A program made the translations under genes and the position numbers. The notes below the pieces were generated by a model. That model was not told the DNA's origin. It did not search any database and was given only the letters and a program-made list of their open reading frames with translations. 64,000 bases of DNA from Polyangiaceae bacterium. GTDB taxonomy: Bacteria; Myxococcota_A; Polyangia; Polyangiales; Polyangiaceae. Shown here piece after piece: positions 26,940-36,657 of this stretch (position 1 is its first letter; the number at the start of each line of letters is the position of its first letter). Location of the stretch: positions 64,001 through 128,000 of the forward strand of contig JBILLK010000002.1 in assembly GCA_044376115.1 (NCBI GenBank), in the 5' to 3' direction.

Positions 26940-27606
26940 TCAGCCGTCGTTCGGCACGTTCACAAGCCCCATCTTCTCGAGGTCCGCGTCCGGCAACACA
27001 GGCCGCTCAAGTTGGGCTGGCCAGCAGCGTGTCCACCCGCCGACCAATCGATGGGTGGGTCGGAAGCGGCGGCTACGATCTGTCCATCCCGATCGACCAG
27101 GAACGCTTGACCGCCGCAAACCTCGACCAAGCGCTCCATGATCATCATCAGACCCTCGATCCAGCCCCTGATGAGAGCCTCGTCGTCTCCCGGAACAAGG
27201 GATTGCGCGAGACTCAAACTCCACTGACGCCAGTCCTCCGCCTGGCCTGCGACGAACGACGGCCTCATGACTTCGGCGAGGACTTGGAATAGCCCATCGA
27301 GGTCAATGAAGCGGCCTTCCACGATACGCTCAAGGAGACCTTGCCGCCGCGGAGCGCGTCTTGAAGCACCAAGAGATCTCTCCGATCTCCGTGTGGCCTC
27401 GCCTCAATACGTCGGAACAGATCGGCTCGAACCTTTTGCAGGCCCTGCAGTTCCGAAACCGTAACGGCGCGTGAGGTTTGCATGACGTTTCTCCCAAGAG
27501 CGGCTTTTCAATGCGCCGATCTCGCGCGGCTCCTTGCCCGGCCGCCACTCCGAGCACGCCACCGGCCGTCGAGCCCGAACAATGCAGCCGCGGTGACGGT
27601 GGCCAT
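26940..27606 (-). pseudogene. Multiply frameshifted paralog of the adjacent 27608-28260 gene
   Basis: Fragments in three frames match the neighbour: VSELQGLQKVRADLF, GGKVSLSV, LVDRDGQI, PDADLEKMGLVNVPND. Confidence 0.6.
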
Positions 27607-27607
27607 G

Positions 27608-28260
27608 TCAGTCGTTCGGCACGTGCACAAGCCCCATCTCGTCGAGATCCGCATCCGGCGGGACCGGCTCTGGTTCTTTGAGCACTTTGCCGTCACGAAC
27701 CAGATAAAGCAGCTCGGCCTTTTGCTTATCCATCAGCTTGCGGCTGTGTTTCGGCTCTTTGCAATGGACCGCGTCAAGCCCAATGTCGGCGATGGAGCGA
27801 TGCCTCTGCGATTCGGGAACCAAGGTCCCAACCCAAGGTTCTCTCCCGTCGTACGTGCGCACATCCTTCTTGTCGCGGGTGTACCAAGCCTGATCCGGCC
27901 AAACCCCCAATGAGAGCGACACCTTCCCGTCTTTGTAGTGCGTGAACTCCTGCCACGACAGCGCCTCCACCAAGGCGACCTCCCAGAGATCGGGGAAGAC
28001 CTTGCAAAGTCCCTTGGACACCAGTTCCGTCACCCATGTCGTGTCCTCCGACATCCAGAAGTGGAACCAGAGCCGGTCTTTACCGACTGCTCCGCCAACA
28101 ACCCCAGCACCGCGACCTCGGGGCGAGCCTTCGCGCTCATCCGCTTGAATAGTGCTTTGGATGCAGTGATGACCTGCTCACGCGGGGTATCGGCGGGCAC
28201 CGAGAGAAAGTACGCGTCGTAGAAGGAGAGGGTTGTGAGTGCGGTCTTCGTTTTCGGCAT
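27608..28260 (-). pseudogene. Hypothetical protein (about 217 aa) with one frameshift
   Basis: MPKTKT…EQSVK joins DRLWFHFWMSEDTTW…VPND if one A is added at 28079-28081. Confidence 0.65.
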
Positions 28261-28284
28261 AGCTCAAACCTTGGGGTATGGACG

Positions 28285-29628
28285 CTAAACCAAGTCAAAG
28301 TCCTCGGCCACGCTCGCCTCGTCATCGAGGATCGCCCGCGTCTCTTCATCGCGATGGACCGCTAGCAAGTAGAGCTCGGCCAGGATCACCGGGTGGGCCT
28401 TCACCAGCGAGAGCAGCTCGCTGGTCGGGAGAAACAGCGTGACCGTGGGGTTGATCGCGACCACCTCGGCGCTGGTCTTGCGACGGAACAACGTCGCGAC
28501 TTCGCCCACCACGTCTCCGACGCCGAGCGTGCGCAACACCAACGGATCACCGTCGCCCTCGCGCCGCACGATCGCCACTTCGCCCGAGGCGATCAGGAAC
28601 AGGCCGGTCGGAGCTGCGTCTTGCTCGACCACCTTGTCGTGCTGCTCGAAGGTGACGATGCGAAAACGCTCGACCAACGCCGGCAAATCTTGCTCCGGCA
28701 CCACACGCAGGACCTCGCTCATGCGCAGCAGGTTCTGCACCATTCGGTCGCGACAATGTTCGCCCAGCAGGGTGCCGATGTTGGGATGAGCTTGCGCCAC
28801 CGCATCGAGCGCGGCCTTCTGAATGCGCACGACGACGGTCGGCCGCAGCGAGACCACCGAGCCTGCGCGCGGAGCTCGTGAGAGCAGGGCCATCTCGCCA
28901 AACAGCGCGCCACTTCGCAGCCGCGCGAGTGAAAGTACGTTGCCGTTCTTGGTCGTGCGGCGCGCCTCGAGCTCACCGCGTGCAACCCAATAGGCCTCTC
29001 GCCCAGGAGCGCCCTGTTCGATCAAAGTTTGGCCCGCCGGGATCCACTCGGGCGCCATCGTCTCGATCAAATCTCGCAGGCCCGCTTGATCCAACGTAGA
29101 GAACAACGGCACCGCGCCGATCGGTGCGCGCACCGAGTCATCAAACGCTTTTTTCGCCGCGTGGATGAACTCACAGGCCTTGTTGTTGAGGGCCACACCG
29201 GTGAGCACGCTGGGCAGCGGCGAAAAGGCCGAGGCCGGCGGTAGCACCACTGGAGGTACGGCGCCTTGGCCGAAGCGCGGGCTGTCTTTGCAGAACGCTG
29301 CAGCGATCTCGTCGAGCAGCGGCCCGAGCTGCGCACCAAAGCGCGTGGCCTCGCGCGCCGAAGCCACCGCCAGCGGCAGATTCTCCACGTCGATCGCCCG
29401 GCGTGCGGCGAGCGTACAGGCCTCACGCGCCACTTCCTCACGCCCGCCCTCACCGAGCAAACGCCCAGTCAAACAGAGCGCCGTGGGCATCGCTGGATCA
29501 TCGCGCAAGATCGCCGCGGACCAACGCAGCGCCGCATCGCGCTCTCCGGCGAGCGCGAGCTGCACGGCTCGGTCTGCGGTGGTTTCTTCCGGAAGCCCCG
29601 AACCCGGGAGAACGGGCGGTTTCGTCAT
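28285..29628 (-). CDS. Tandem cyclic-nucleotide-binding domain protein with N-terminal TPR-like helices
   Basis: Two cNMP domains: LIEQG...FGEMALL...RAGSV and VVEQD...VGEVA...TSAEV; no HTH. Confidence 0.9.
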   Translation of the reverse strand: MTKPPVLPGSGLPEETTADRAVQLALAGERDAALRWSAAILRDDPAMPTALCLTGRLLGEGGREEVAREACTLAARRAIDVENLPLAVASAREATRFGAQLGPLLDEIAAAFCKDSPRFGQGAVPPVVLPPASAFSPLPSVLTGVALNNKACEFIHAAKKAFDDSVRAPIGAVPLFSTLDQAGLRDLIETMAPEWIPAGQTLIEQGAPGREAYWVARGELEARRTTKNGNVLSLARLRSGALFGEMALLSRAPRAGSVVSLRPTVVVRIQKAALDAVAQAHPNIGTLLGEHCRDRMVQNLLRMSEVLRVVPEQDLPALVERFRIVTFEQHDKVVEQDAAPTGLFLIASGEVAIVRREGDGDPLVLRTLGVGDVVGEVATLFRRKTSAEVVAINPTVTLFLPTSELLSLVKAHPVILAELYLLAVHRDEETRAILDDEASVAEDFDLV

Positions 29629-29683
29629 GGCGCGGTCGTAACATCCATGCGGCGTTTCGTACACCGGGCCAACAGCCCGGCGG

Positions 29684-30736
29684 CTACTGGACGAAGGAGG
29701 CCGAGAGCAGGTAAGGGCTGGCCGGCGCGCTGCTGGGTGAGTCCACCGCGATCAGCACCTGTTCCCCAGTGGTCAGCACAATTTGCCCAGATTCGGTGAT
29801 GCCAGCCGCAGTTTCGTTGACACAGCCGAGCTCCACGATGCTCTCGCTGCACGCGGTGGTCACCACCACCGCCACGTCCACCGCCGAGTCCACTGTCAGA
29901 TAGAGCACGCCCTCGCCGGGGCTGGTGAAGGAGTAGAAGTCCTCCGGTGTTCCCGGCCCGCTGCAGCTCGGCAAAAGCACGTTGCTACCGTCGCCGGTAA
30001 CGCCGTTCTGCTCACCTAGGACCAACACAGGAATGGTGTCGCAGAAGGCCGGAAAGACCACGAGGCAGGCCTCGCAACCATCGCCCACCTCCCTATTGCC
30101 GTCGTCGCACTGTTCGGTCGGCGCGAGGATGCCATCCCCGCAAACGATCGCGCTGCATGTACCGATACAGTCGGGATCGGCGCAATCGATCATGCCGTCT
30201 TGATCGTCATCGAGCTCGTTGCCGCAGTCGACCTCGATCGCCGCGCACGGCGGGCAATCGCTGTCGGCGCAATCCACGTCACCGTCGAGGTCGTTGTCGA
30301 TCGTGTCGGCGCAATCCTCGCTGCACTCGGGTTGTGCGGAACAATCGAGGTCCGCGCAGTCGATAAGGCCGTCCCCGTCGCCATCGACACCGTCCAGACA
30401 GTTCACCTCGGTGGTGTCTTGGCAGTCCGGGTCGCTCAGGTCGGTAAGCCCGTCAAAGTCGTCGTCGACGCCGTTGCCGCAGGTCTCGAACGGCGTGCAG
30501 TAGCCGCTATCGCAGGTCCCGTTACCGCAATCCGCATCCGTCACGCAATCGGTGTAAAAATCGTCGTAGCCGCCGCCGTAGCAGGCCATCAGCGTCACCA
30601 TCATCATGCCGGAGGTGGCGAGCTTGATCGCCTTGCCCAACAGCCCGCTGGGCGCCTTCTGCTCGGCGCCGCAATGCGGGCAGCGAGCCGCTTCATCAAC
30701 GAGAAAACCGGGACACGAGCTGCAGGTTGAAAGCAT
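29684..30736 (-). CDS. Putative rSAM substrate: Zn-ribbon leader + internal signal + C-Y-G + Cys-rich Ca-binding repeats + C-terminal beta-sandwich
   Basis: MLSTCSSC-x10-[26 protein letters not shown]; four CxN/DxxDxDxDGxxDxxDxDC repeats; CGDG..EQCDDGN repeat; PPC-like tail. Confidence 0.85.
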   Translation of the reverse strand: MLSTCSSCPGFLVDEAARCPHCGAEQKAPSGLLGKAIKLATSGMMMVTLMACYGGGYDDFYTDCVTDADCGNGTCDSGYCTPFETCGNGVDDDFDGLTDLSDPDCQDTTEVNCLDGVDGDGDGLIDCADLDCSAQPECSEDCADTIDNDLDGDVDCADSDCPPCAAIEVDCGNELDDDQDGMIDCADPDCIGTCSAIVCGDGILAPTEQCDDGNREVGDGCEACLVVFPAFCDTIPVLVLGEQNGVTGDGSNVLLPSCSGPGTPEDFYSFTSPGEGVLYLTVDSAVDVAVVVTTACSESIVELGCVNETAAGITESGQIVLTTGEQVLIAVDSPSSAPASPYLLSASFVQ

Positions 30737-30767
30737 GGGAAACTCCGTAGGGAAGGGAAGATAAGCG

Positions 30768-32024
30768 TCAAACCGAAGAGCTTGGAGCTGTGCGCGTGGG
30801 GCGTCGCGAGATCTGAACCAGCGACTCGAGTGGCTTGTCCGCGCCCGGATCGGCCGTCTCGAACGGCTCCACCACGACCTCGAAAAGGCCGTTGTCGAAG
30901 GGCAAGCCCGGCGCTGCGTCTTTCGGCACCAGGCGTTCGCGCAAGCCTTGCTTCTGGTGTTCGCGCGCTCGGAAATGGCAATACGGATTGTTGCCCGGTC
31001 GGCCCAACACCGAGTGCGCGGTGAAGCTGCAACCACCCAAACAGACGTCGCCAAACACGCACGTCTTACAGTAGCCCCACAGGTCTTCACGCGTGCGCGC
31101 GCGGGTGAAGGCGAGCTCCGGCGTCTGCTCCCAGATCGACTTCACGCTGGCTTCCTTGGCGTTGCCGCCAACGTAGTGCGAGGTCTGCAGCGAAGGGCAG
31201 CCCTTCACGGCGCCGTCCGACTCGATGCCCATCACATAGCGGCCGGCCTGGCAGCCGCTCCAATGATCACGGTCCCCTTTGCGTTGTGAGCGCAGCAGCG
31301 CCTCTTCCGGCCCGAAGTAGCCGAGGTTGTTGCCCGGCATGATGGTGACGCCACGCGTGCGGCCGAGCTCTTTGACCGCAGCGACGCGCGGTACGAGATC
31401 CAGCAAATCCCAAGGCTGCAGCAACATGTCGGTGCGGTCGGCGGCTCGCCCGAGCGGCGTCGTAATTTGGATCTGCCAGGTGGTGATCTGCGGCGCCAAG
31501 ATCTCGAACAGCGGCTCGAGATCCATCATGTTCGAGCGGTTGAAGTTGGTGTTGGCCATAGCCACGAGCCCGACCTTCTTCACCGCTGCGAGCGCGCGTT
31601 GCGTGCCTGCAAAGCTACCGCGTTGGTTGCGCATGCGGTCGTGGGCCTGCTCGAGCCCGTCCACGCTCACGCTGACCTGGTGCAACCCGTGGTCCTTCAT
31701 CTGTTGCGCCAGCGCTTCATCCACCCCGCGCCCGCCGGTGGTCAGGCCCACCCGCACGCCGGCCTTGGCGAGCGCCTCGATGATCGAAAGAAAGCCATCG
31801 TGCAAATAGGCCTCCCCGCCGATCAGCACCACGTCGGTGGTGCCCATCGCGATCAACTGGGCAGCGAGCTTGAGCGCCTCTTCGGTGCTCAGCTCATCGG
31901 GCCGGGCCGCGCTCGCGCGTGAACCACAATGCAAACACGCGTGGTCGCACTTGAGGGTCAGCTCCCAAACCACGTAGGCCGGGAAGAAGCCGCGATCGGC
32001 GACGTTGAGGCGGCGGCGCGTCAT
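30768..32024 (-). CDS. Radical SAM/SPASM maturase, PlpX-like splicease family
   Basis: [93 protein letters not shown]...[15 protein letters not shown]. Confidence 0.92.
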   Translation of the reverse strand: MTRRRLNVADRGFFPAYVVWELTLKCDHACLHCGSRASAARPDELSTEEALKLAAQLIAMGTTDVVLIGGEAYLHDGFLSIIEALAKAGVRVGLTTGGRGVDEALAQQMKDHGLHQVSVSVDGLEQAHDRMRNQRGSFAGTQRALAAVKKVGLVAMANTNFNRSNMMDLEPLFEILAPQITTWQIQITTPLGRAADRTDMLLQPWDLLDLVPRVAAVKELGRTRGVTIMPGNNLGYFGPEEALLRSQRKGDRDHWSGCQAGRYVMGIESDGAVKGCPSLQTSHYVGGNAKEASVKSIWEQTPELAFTRARTREDLWGYCKTCVFGDVCLGGCSFTAHSVLGRPGNNPYCHFRAREHQKQGLRERLVPKDAAPGLPFDNGLFEVVVEPFETADPGADKPLESLVQISRRPTRTAPSSSV

Positions 32025-32176
32025 TGCGGCGAAGCTTAGCAACGCTCATGCCGGCTCGCCTCGTCCGCTTTCGACTGCACGCTGAATTCGCTATTTGTGC
32101 TGCTTTTGTGCAGACCAGCGGCTGCGCGGGCCTGCCTTCGAGGCAGCTTGCTTCCGGACCCACCGCGACAACGAGG

Positions 32177-33406
32177 TCACGCTGGGGCCTCCACGTCGGC
32201 GTCGCTGCGAATCACCTCGCGGGTCTTTCCGTCCAGCAGGCAGGCCACATTCACGTCGCCCATCACGTTGATGGTGGTGCGGCAGCGATCGAGAAACCAA
32301 TCCACCGTCAGCAAGAGCGCGATGTACTCAGTGGGCAAACGCACGGCGGTGAACACCAACGTCATCGTCACGAGCCCAGCCTCCGGGATGCCCGCCGCTC
32401 CCACCGAGGCCACCACGCTGGTGAGCACGATCAACACCTGATCGGCCATGCTCAGCTGGTGACCGAGCATCTGCGCTATGAACAGTGCGCTCATCGCCTC
32501 ATACAGCGCGGTGCCGTCATTGTTGAAGTTGGAGCCGACCAACGCGCCGAGGCTGGCCGAGCGATCCCGCAGCCCGAGCTTGCGCAGCCGATCGTAAGTG
32601 ACCGGCATGGTCGCTGTGGAGCTCGCGGTGGAGAAGGCCATCACGAAGGCGTCCCACATGCCGCGCAGCAGCGGGATGGGGCGCAACCAGCTGCCGAAGC
32701 GGATGCGCACGAGGTAGTAGACGCCCTGCAGCAAGAGCGCGCACAACACCGCGATCACGAAGGCGAGCAGCGGTTTGAAGGCCGAAAAGCCGCCTTTCCC
32801 GATGATCGCCGCCACTTTGCCGAAGACCGCGAACGGCACCAGCGCGATCACCCAATGCAGGATCTTGAGCACCACGTCGAAGGCCGTTTCAACGCCCAGG
32901 AGCAGCGCCGCTCGCCGCTCGTGCAAGAGCGAGCGGCCGGCGATGCCAACGGCCACGGCGATCATCACCACGCCGATCACTTTGTTCTCGACGATCGGCC
33001 GCAGCAGGCTGTCCGGGATGTTCTCGAACAGCTGCGTAATCACGTCCACCTTCGGCAGGTTCGGCGGTGCGCTGGGCTTGTCCAAATTGCTGCTCACGCC
33101 CGGCTTGAGCACGTTGGCCACCAGCAGCCCGACGCCGATCGCCACTAACGTATTGAGCACCAAGAGCACGCCCATCTTGCCGGCGGCCCCGCCGCGTACG
33201 TCGGCGGTGAGCAGCGCTCGCACAATCGCGATCAGCACGATCGGTGGTGCCAGCGCTGCGAGCACCCGCAACACCAACTTGGCCGGCACCTCGAACGAGC
33301 CCACCGAAGGGCCAAACAGCACCCCCACGAGCAAGCCGAGAACGAGGCCGATCAGGATTCGGGTGTAGAGAGGCAGCCTCGTCCAAGGCGACAGCAGGTT
33401 GCTCAT
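32177..33406 (-). CDS. Dicarboxylate/amino acid:cation symporter (GltP/DAACS family)
   Basis: AFSTASSTATMP, NNDGTALY, SVGAAGIP, DWFLDRCRTTINVMGD. Confidence 0.95.
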   Translation of the reverse strand: MSNLLSPWTRLPLYTRILIGLVLGLLVGVLFGPSVGSFEVPAKLVLRVLAALAPPIVLIAIVRALLTADVRGGAAGKMGVLLVLNTLVAIGVGLLVANVLKPGVSSNLDKPSAPPNLPKVDVITQLFENIPDSLLRPIVENKVIGVVMIAVAVGIAGRSLLHERRAALLLGVETAFDVVLKILHWVIALVPFAVFGKVAAIIGKGGFSAFKPLLAFVIAVLCALLLQGVYYLVRIRFGSWLRPIPLLRGMWDAFVMAFSTASSTATMPVTYDRLRKLGLRDRSASLGALVGSNFNNDGTALYEAMSALFIAQMLGHQLSMADQVLIVLTSVVASVGAAGIPEAGLVTMTLVFTAVRLPTEYIALLLTVDWFLDRCRTTINVMGDVNVACLLDGKTREVIRSDADVEAPA

Positions 33407-33408
33407 CG

Positions 33409-34704
33409 TCAGGTCTTCATCTGCAACACGAGCTCGAGTGAGGCCTTGGCGGCCTCGATGGCGCGGTCGATGTCGGCCTCGGTGTGAGCGCCCGAAATGA
33501 ACGCCGCTTCGAACTGCGCCGGCGGCCAATACACGCCGCGCTCGAGCATGCCTTGGAAGAACACGCCGAACTGCTTTCGATTGCAGCCGTCGGCGTCGGC
33601 CCAGGAGTTGACCGGCCCCTTGTGGAAGAAGAGCGTGATCATCGAGCCGACGCGCTGCACGCAGGCGGTGACACCGGAGGCTTTGACCGCCTCGTTCAGG
33701 CCTTGCTCCAGCCGCGCACCGAGCGACTCCAAGCGCTCGTACAGCGCCGCGTCGAGCCGCGCCAAGGTCGCGAGCCCAGCTGATACGGCGATCGGATTGC
33801 CGCTCAGCGTGCCGGCTTGGTACACCGGGCCGAGCGGCGCGATGCACTGCATGATGTCGGCGCGACCGCCGTACACGGCCAGCGGCATACCGCCGCCGAC
33901 GATCTTGCCCAGCGTGGTCATGTCCGGCTTCAAGCCGAACCGCTGTTGCGCTCCTCCCGCCGAGAGCCTGCAGCCGGTCATCACTTCATCGAAGATCGAG
34001 ATCGCCCCGTGGGCTTTGCATTGCTCCAAGATGGCTTCGAGGAAGCCATCTCGAGGAGCAACGCAGCCCATGTTGCCGACCACCGGCTCCACGATCACCG
34101 CGGCGATCTCGCTGCCGCGCCGCTCGAACAGCGCAGCCAGCGCGTCCTTGTCGTTGAAGGGCAACGTCAGCGTGGTCTTAGCGATCGCCTCGGGCACGCC
34201 GCCCGAATCCGGCGTCCCGAAGGAGGCCAGCCCGCTGCCGGCCTTGACCAAAAGATGATCCGCGTGACCGTGGTAACAGCCCTCGAACTTCACGATGAAG
34301 TCGCGCTTGGTGAAGCCGCGCGCCACGCGCAGCGCGCTCATCGTCGCCTCGGTGCCGCTCGAAACGCAGCGCAGCATCTCCATCGACGGATAAAGCTCCC
34401 GGATTTTTTCGGCGAAGCGGACCTCGAGCTCGGTGGGTGCACCGTAGGAAAGGCCGCGCAACGCCGCCTCGCGCACCGCGGCGATCACGTCGGGTTGGGC
34501 GTGCCCGAGGATCATCGGACCCCAAGAGCCGATGAAATCGATGTACTCCTTGCCATCCGCGCTAAAAAGCCGCGCACCTTCTGCTCGCTCGATGAACACC
34601 GGAGTGCCACCCACTGCTCGAAACGCGCGAACCGGGCTGTTGACGCCCCCAGGGATGCTTCGTTGTGCGCGCTCGAAGAGGGCGCTGCTTCGTTCTTGGG
34701 CCAT
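33409..34704 (-). CDS. hemL: Glutamate-1-semialdehyde 2,1-aminomutase
   Basis: PGGVNSPVRAF, SGTEATMSA, EGCYHGH, FDEVMTG, GKIVGGGMP, YQAGTLSGNP. Confidence 0.98.
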   Translation of the reverse strand: MAQERSSALFERAQRSIPGGVNSPVRAFRAVGGTPVFIERAEGARLFSADGKEYIDFIGSWGPMILGHAQPDVIAAVREAALRGLSYGAPTELEVRFAEKIRELYPSMEMLRCVSSGTEATMSALRVARGFTKRDFIVKFEGCYHGHADHLLVKAGSGLASFGTPDSGGVPEAIAKTTLTLPFNDKDALAALFERRGSEIAAVIVEPVVGNMGCVAPRDGFLEAILEQCKAHGAISIFDEVMTGCRLSAGGAQQRFGLKPDMTTLGKIVGGGMPLAVYGGRADIMQCIAPLGPVYQAGTLSGNPIAVSAGLATLARLDAALYERLESLGARLEQGLNEAVKASGVTACVQRVGSMITLFFHKGPVNSWADADGCNRKQFGVFFQGMLERGVYWPPAQFEAAFISGAHTEADIDRAIEAAKASLELVLQMKT

Positions 34705-34746
34705 GCCGAACGGTAACCCCGTGCACTCGGCGGCCGGTAGGAAGAA

Positions 34747-35604
34747 ATGAGGCTCTCTGCTCGTGAAGCCGGGCTCGCCGCGGTTCTCGCGCTAGCTGTG
34801 TTCGCGGCAGGCTACGGCCTCGGTCGCGCGGGTGGCTCAGCGGTGAACGAACCGCCGCCGCCGATCCCAGCGAGCGCGTTTGTGAGCGTGGCGGAGCTCC
34901 CGTCCGGCAGCCCCCCTGCGGCGTCGGTTGCGGCGCCCAGCGCCAATGCGGTGCCCAGCGGCAGCGCGGTACCCAGCGCCAGCGCAGCGGCCTCTTCGCT
35001 CGCGTCGCTCAAACGGCTGGAGCAGAACGTGCGCAGCATCGACGATGCGCTGGGTTTGGCGCAGGGTCACAGGCTGCGCGCCGAAGAGGACGCACGCGCG
35101 CTGATCGCCGATCTGCGCGCCAACCCGAGCCTGCGCGAGGACGCGAGCACGCTGGCCTACGCTTACAAGCTCGCGCTCGATCCCGACGTCTCGCCGATCA
35201 TCCTGGCCGGCCTGGCCGAGTTTCCCAGCCCCACCATTGCCGACTTCCTCGATGACCTCGCGAGGCGAGGGGACCCAGGCGCTCGCCTGGTCTTGCTCGC
35301 GCGCGACCTGCGCGACTTGCCGGAGCTGGTCGCCGTTCATTCGCCGCCTTTGCGCCTGGCGCTCGAACTCGAGCGGGTGCGCAGCTGCGGGCAAGCCCTC
35401 GCACTATTGCCACGGGTGCAGAAGATCGGTGATTCACGCTCGATGGCCTCGATGGTGCGGTTCGGCCGCATCACCGGCTGCGGGCCGAAGGGCCGCGATG
35501 ATTGCTTCCCATGCCTCCGTGAAAAGGTTCAGCGCAGCCTGCTCGAGGAGGCCACGCTGACGTGCCAATCACAGTGGTTCAAAGCGCCGTGGATCGTGCG
35601 CTGA
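34747..35604 (+). CDS. Membrane-anchored hypothetical protein with HEAT-like and Cys-motif C-domain
   Basis: N-terminal TM, PSA-rich linker, GDSR...GCGPKGRDDCFPCLR. Confidence 0.75.
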   Translation: MRLSAREAGLAAVLALAVFAAGYGLGRAGGSAVNEPPPPIPASAFVSVAELPSGSPPAASVAAPSANAVPSGSAVPSASAAASSLASLKRLEQNVRSIDDALGLAQGHRLRAEEDARALIADLRANPSLREDASTLAYAYKLALDPDVSPIILAGLAEFPSPTIADFLDDLARRGDPGARLVLLARDLRDLPELVAVHSPPLRLALELERVRSCGQALALLPRVQKIGDSRSMASMVRFGRITGCGPKGRDDCFPCLREKVQRSLLEEATLTCQSQWFKAPWIVR

Positions 35605-35607
35605 CGC

Positions 35608-36657
35608 TCACTTCGAGCCGAAGGCAAGCTCTAACAAGAACACCGAAATACCGGAGATCATCGCCGCCGCCGGGATGGTCATCACCCACGCACCGACGAT
35701 GTTCCCGGCTACACCCCAACGCACCGCCGAGAGCCGCTTCACCGCGCCCACGCCCATGATGCAAGCGTTGATGCAGTGGGTGGTCGAGAGCGGAATGCCG
35801 AAGCTCGAGGCGAGCAAAATGGTGGCGGCGCCGCTGGTCTCGGCGGCGAAGCCTTGCAGCGGTGAGATCTTGATGATCTTCGTCCCCATCGTCTTGATGA
35901 TGCGCTGACCGCCGGCCATGGTGCCGAGTGCGATGGCCGCTGCGCAGGAGAGGATGACCGCACGCGGGATCTCGGTCCCGCCAGCGGGCTCGAGCCAGAC
36001 CGGCAATACGCCTTTGCCGCCCGCACCAATGAAGGACACGAGCGCCAACGTCATGATGCCCATGCTCTTCTGCGCGTCGTTCGAGCCGTGCGCGTAGGCC
36101 ATGGCGCTCGCTGAACACAACTGCAAAAAGCGCGAGCCGCGGTGCACATTGCGCGGACGAACCTTGCCCAGCGAGACGGCCCACAGCGTGACCGCCATCA
36201 CCACGAAGGCGAGCACGAAGCCGAATAGCGGGCTCACCACCAGCGGCACGACGATCTTCTGAAACAGCGTCTTCCAGTTGAAGCGGTCTACCCCGGCGTG
36301 GACGACGACGGCCCCAGTGAGCCCGCCGATCAAAGCGTGGGACGAACTCGATGGCAGACCGTACCACCAGGTGATCAAGTTCCAGGCCGAGGCGCCGATC
36401 AGCGCGGCGAGCACCACCGATTGGGTCACGTCTCCCGGCGCTGCGAAGCCGCTCGCGATGGTCTTTGCCACCGCGGTTCCGGTGACGGCGCCGACGAAGT
36501 TGAGGATACCGGCGATCAGAACCGCCGTGCGGATGGGCAAAACGCCCGTCGAGACGACGGTGGCGATCGCGTTGGCTGCGTCGTGAAAGCCGTTGATGTA
36601 GTCGAAGATCAGCGCTGCAACCAAGACCAGGATCAGCAGTACCAGCCCATCAGCCAT
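35608..36657 (-). CDS. pit: Inorganic phosphate transporter (PiT family)
   Basis: NGFHDAANAIAT, GLPSSSSHALIG, HGSNDAQK, PLSTTH. Confidence 0.95.
   Translation of the reverse strand: MADGLVLLILVLVAALIFDYINGFHDAANAIATVVSTGVLPIRTAVLIAGILNFVGAVTGTAVAKTIASGFAAPGDVTQSVVLAALIGASAWNLITWWYGLPSSSSHALIGGLTGAVVVHAGVDRFNWKTLFQKIVVPLVVSPLFGFVLAFVVMAVTLWAVSLGKVRPRNVHRGSRFLQLCSASAMAYAHGSNDAQKSMGIMTLALVSFIGAGGKGVLPVWLEPAGGTEIPRAVILSCAAAIALGTMAGGQRIIKTMGTKIIKISPLQGFAAETSGAATILLASSFGIPLSTTHCINACIMGVGAVKRLSAVRWGVAGNIVGAWVMTIPAAAMISGISVFLLELAFGSK

Noticed and set aside
30737..31090. N-terminal extension of ORF 29684-31090
   Set aside because: Overlaps the rSAM 3' end in another frame; protein-like sequence begins at ATG 30736
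32110..32176. SRP (4.5S) RNA-like string GGTCCGGAAGCAAGCTGCC on the minus strand
   Set aside because: The TCC-GGAA-GGA stem and CAGG/AGCAG loop of SRP domain IV are broken and there is no long closing helix; more likely a simple hairpin (CTGCCT/AGGCAG)
30768..34704. rSAM as a heme-biosynthesis enzyme (AhbC/D, NirJ) because hemL is nearby
   Set aside because: Sequence signatures fit PlpX-like maturases, a YG-bearing partner is adjacent, and a transporter plus a 152-bp gap separate it from hemL
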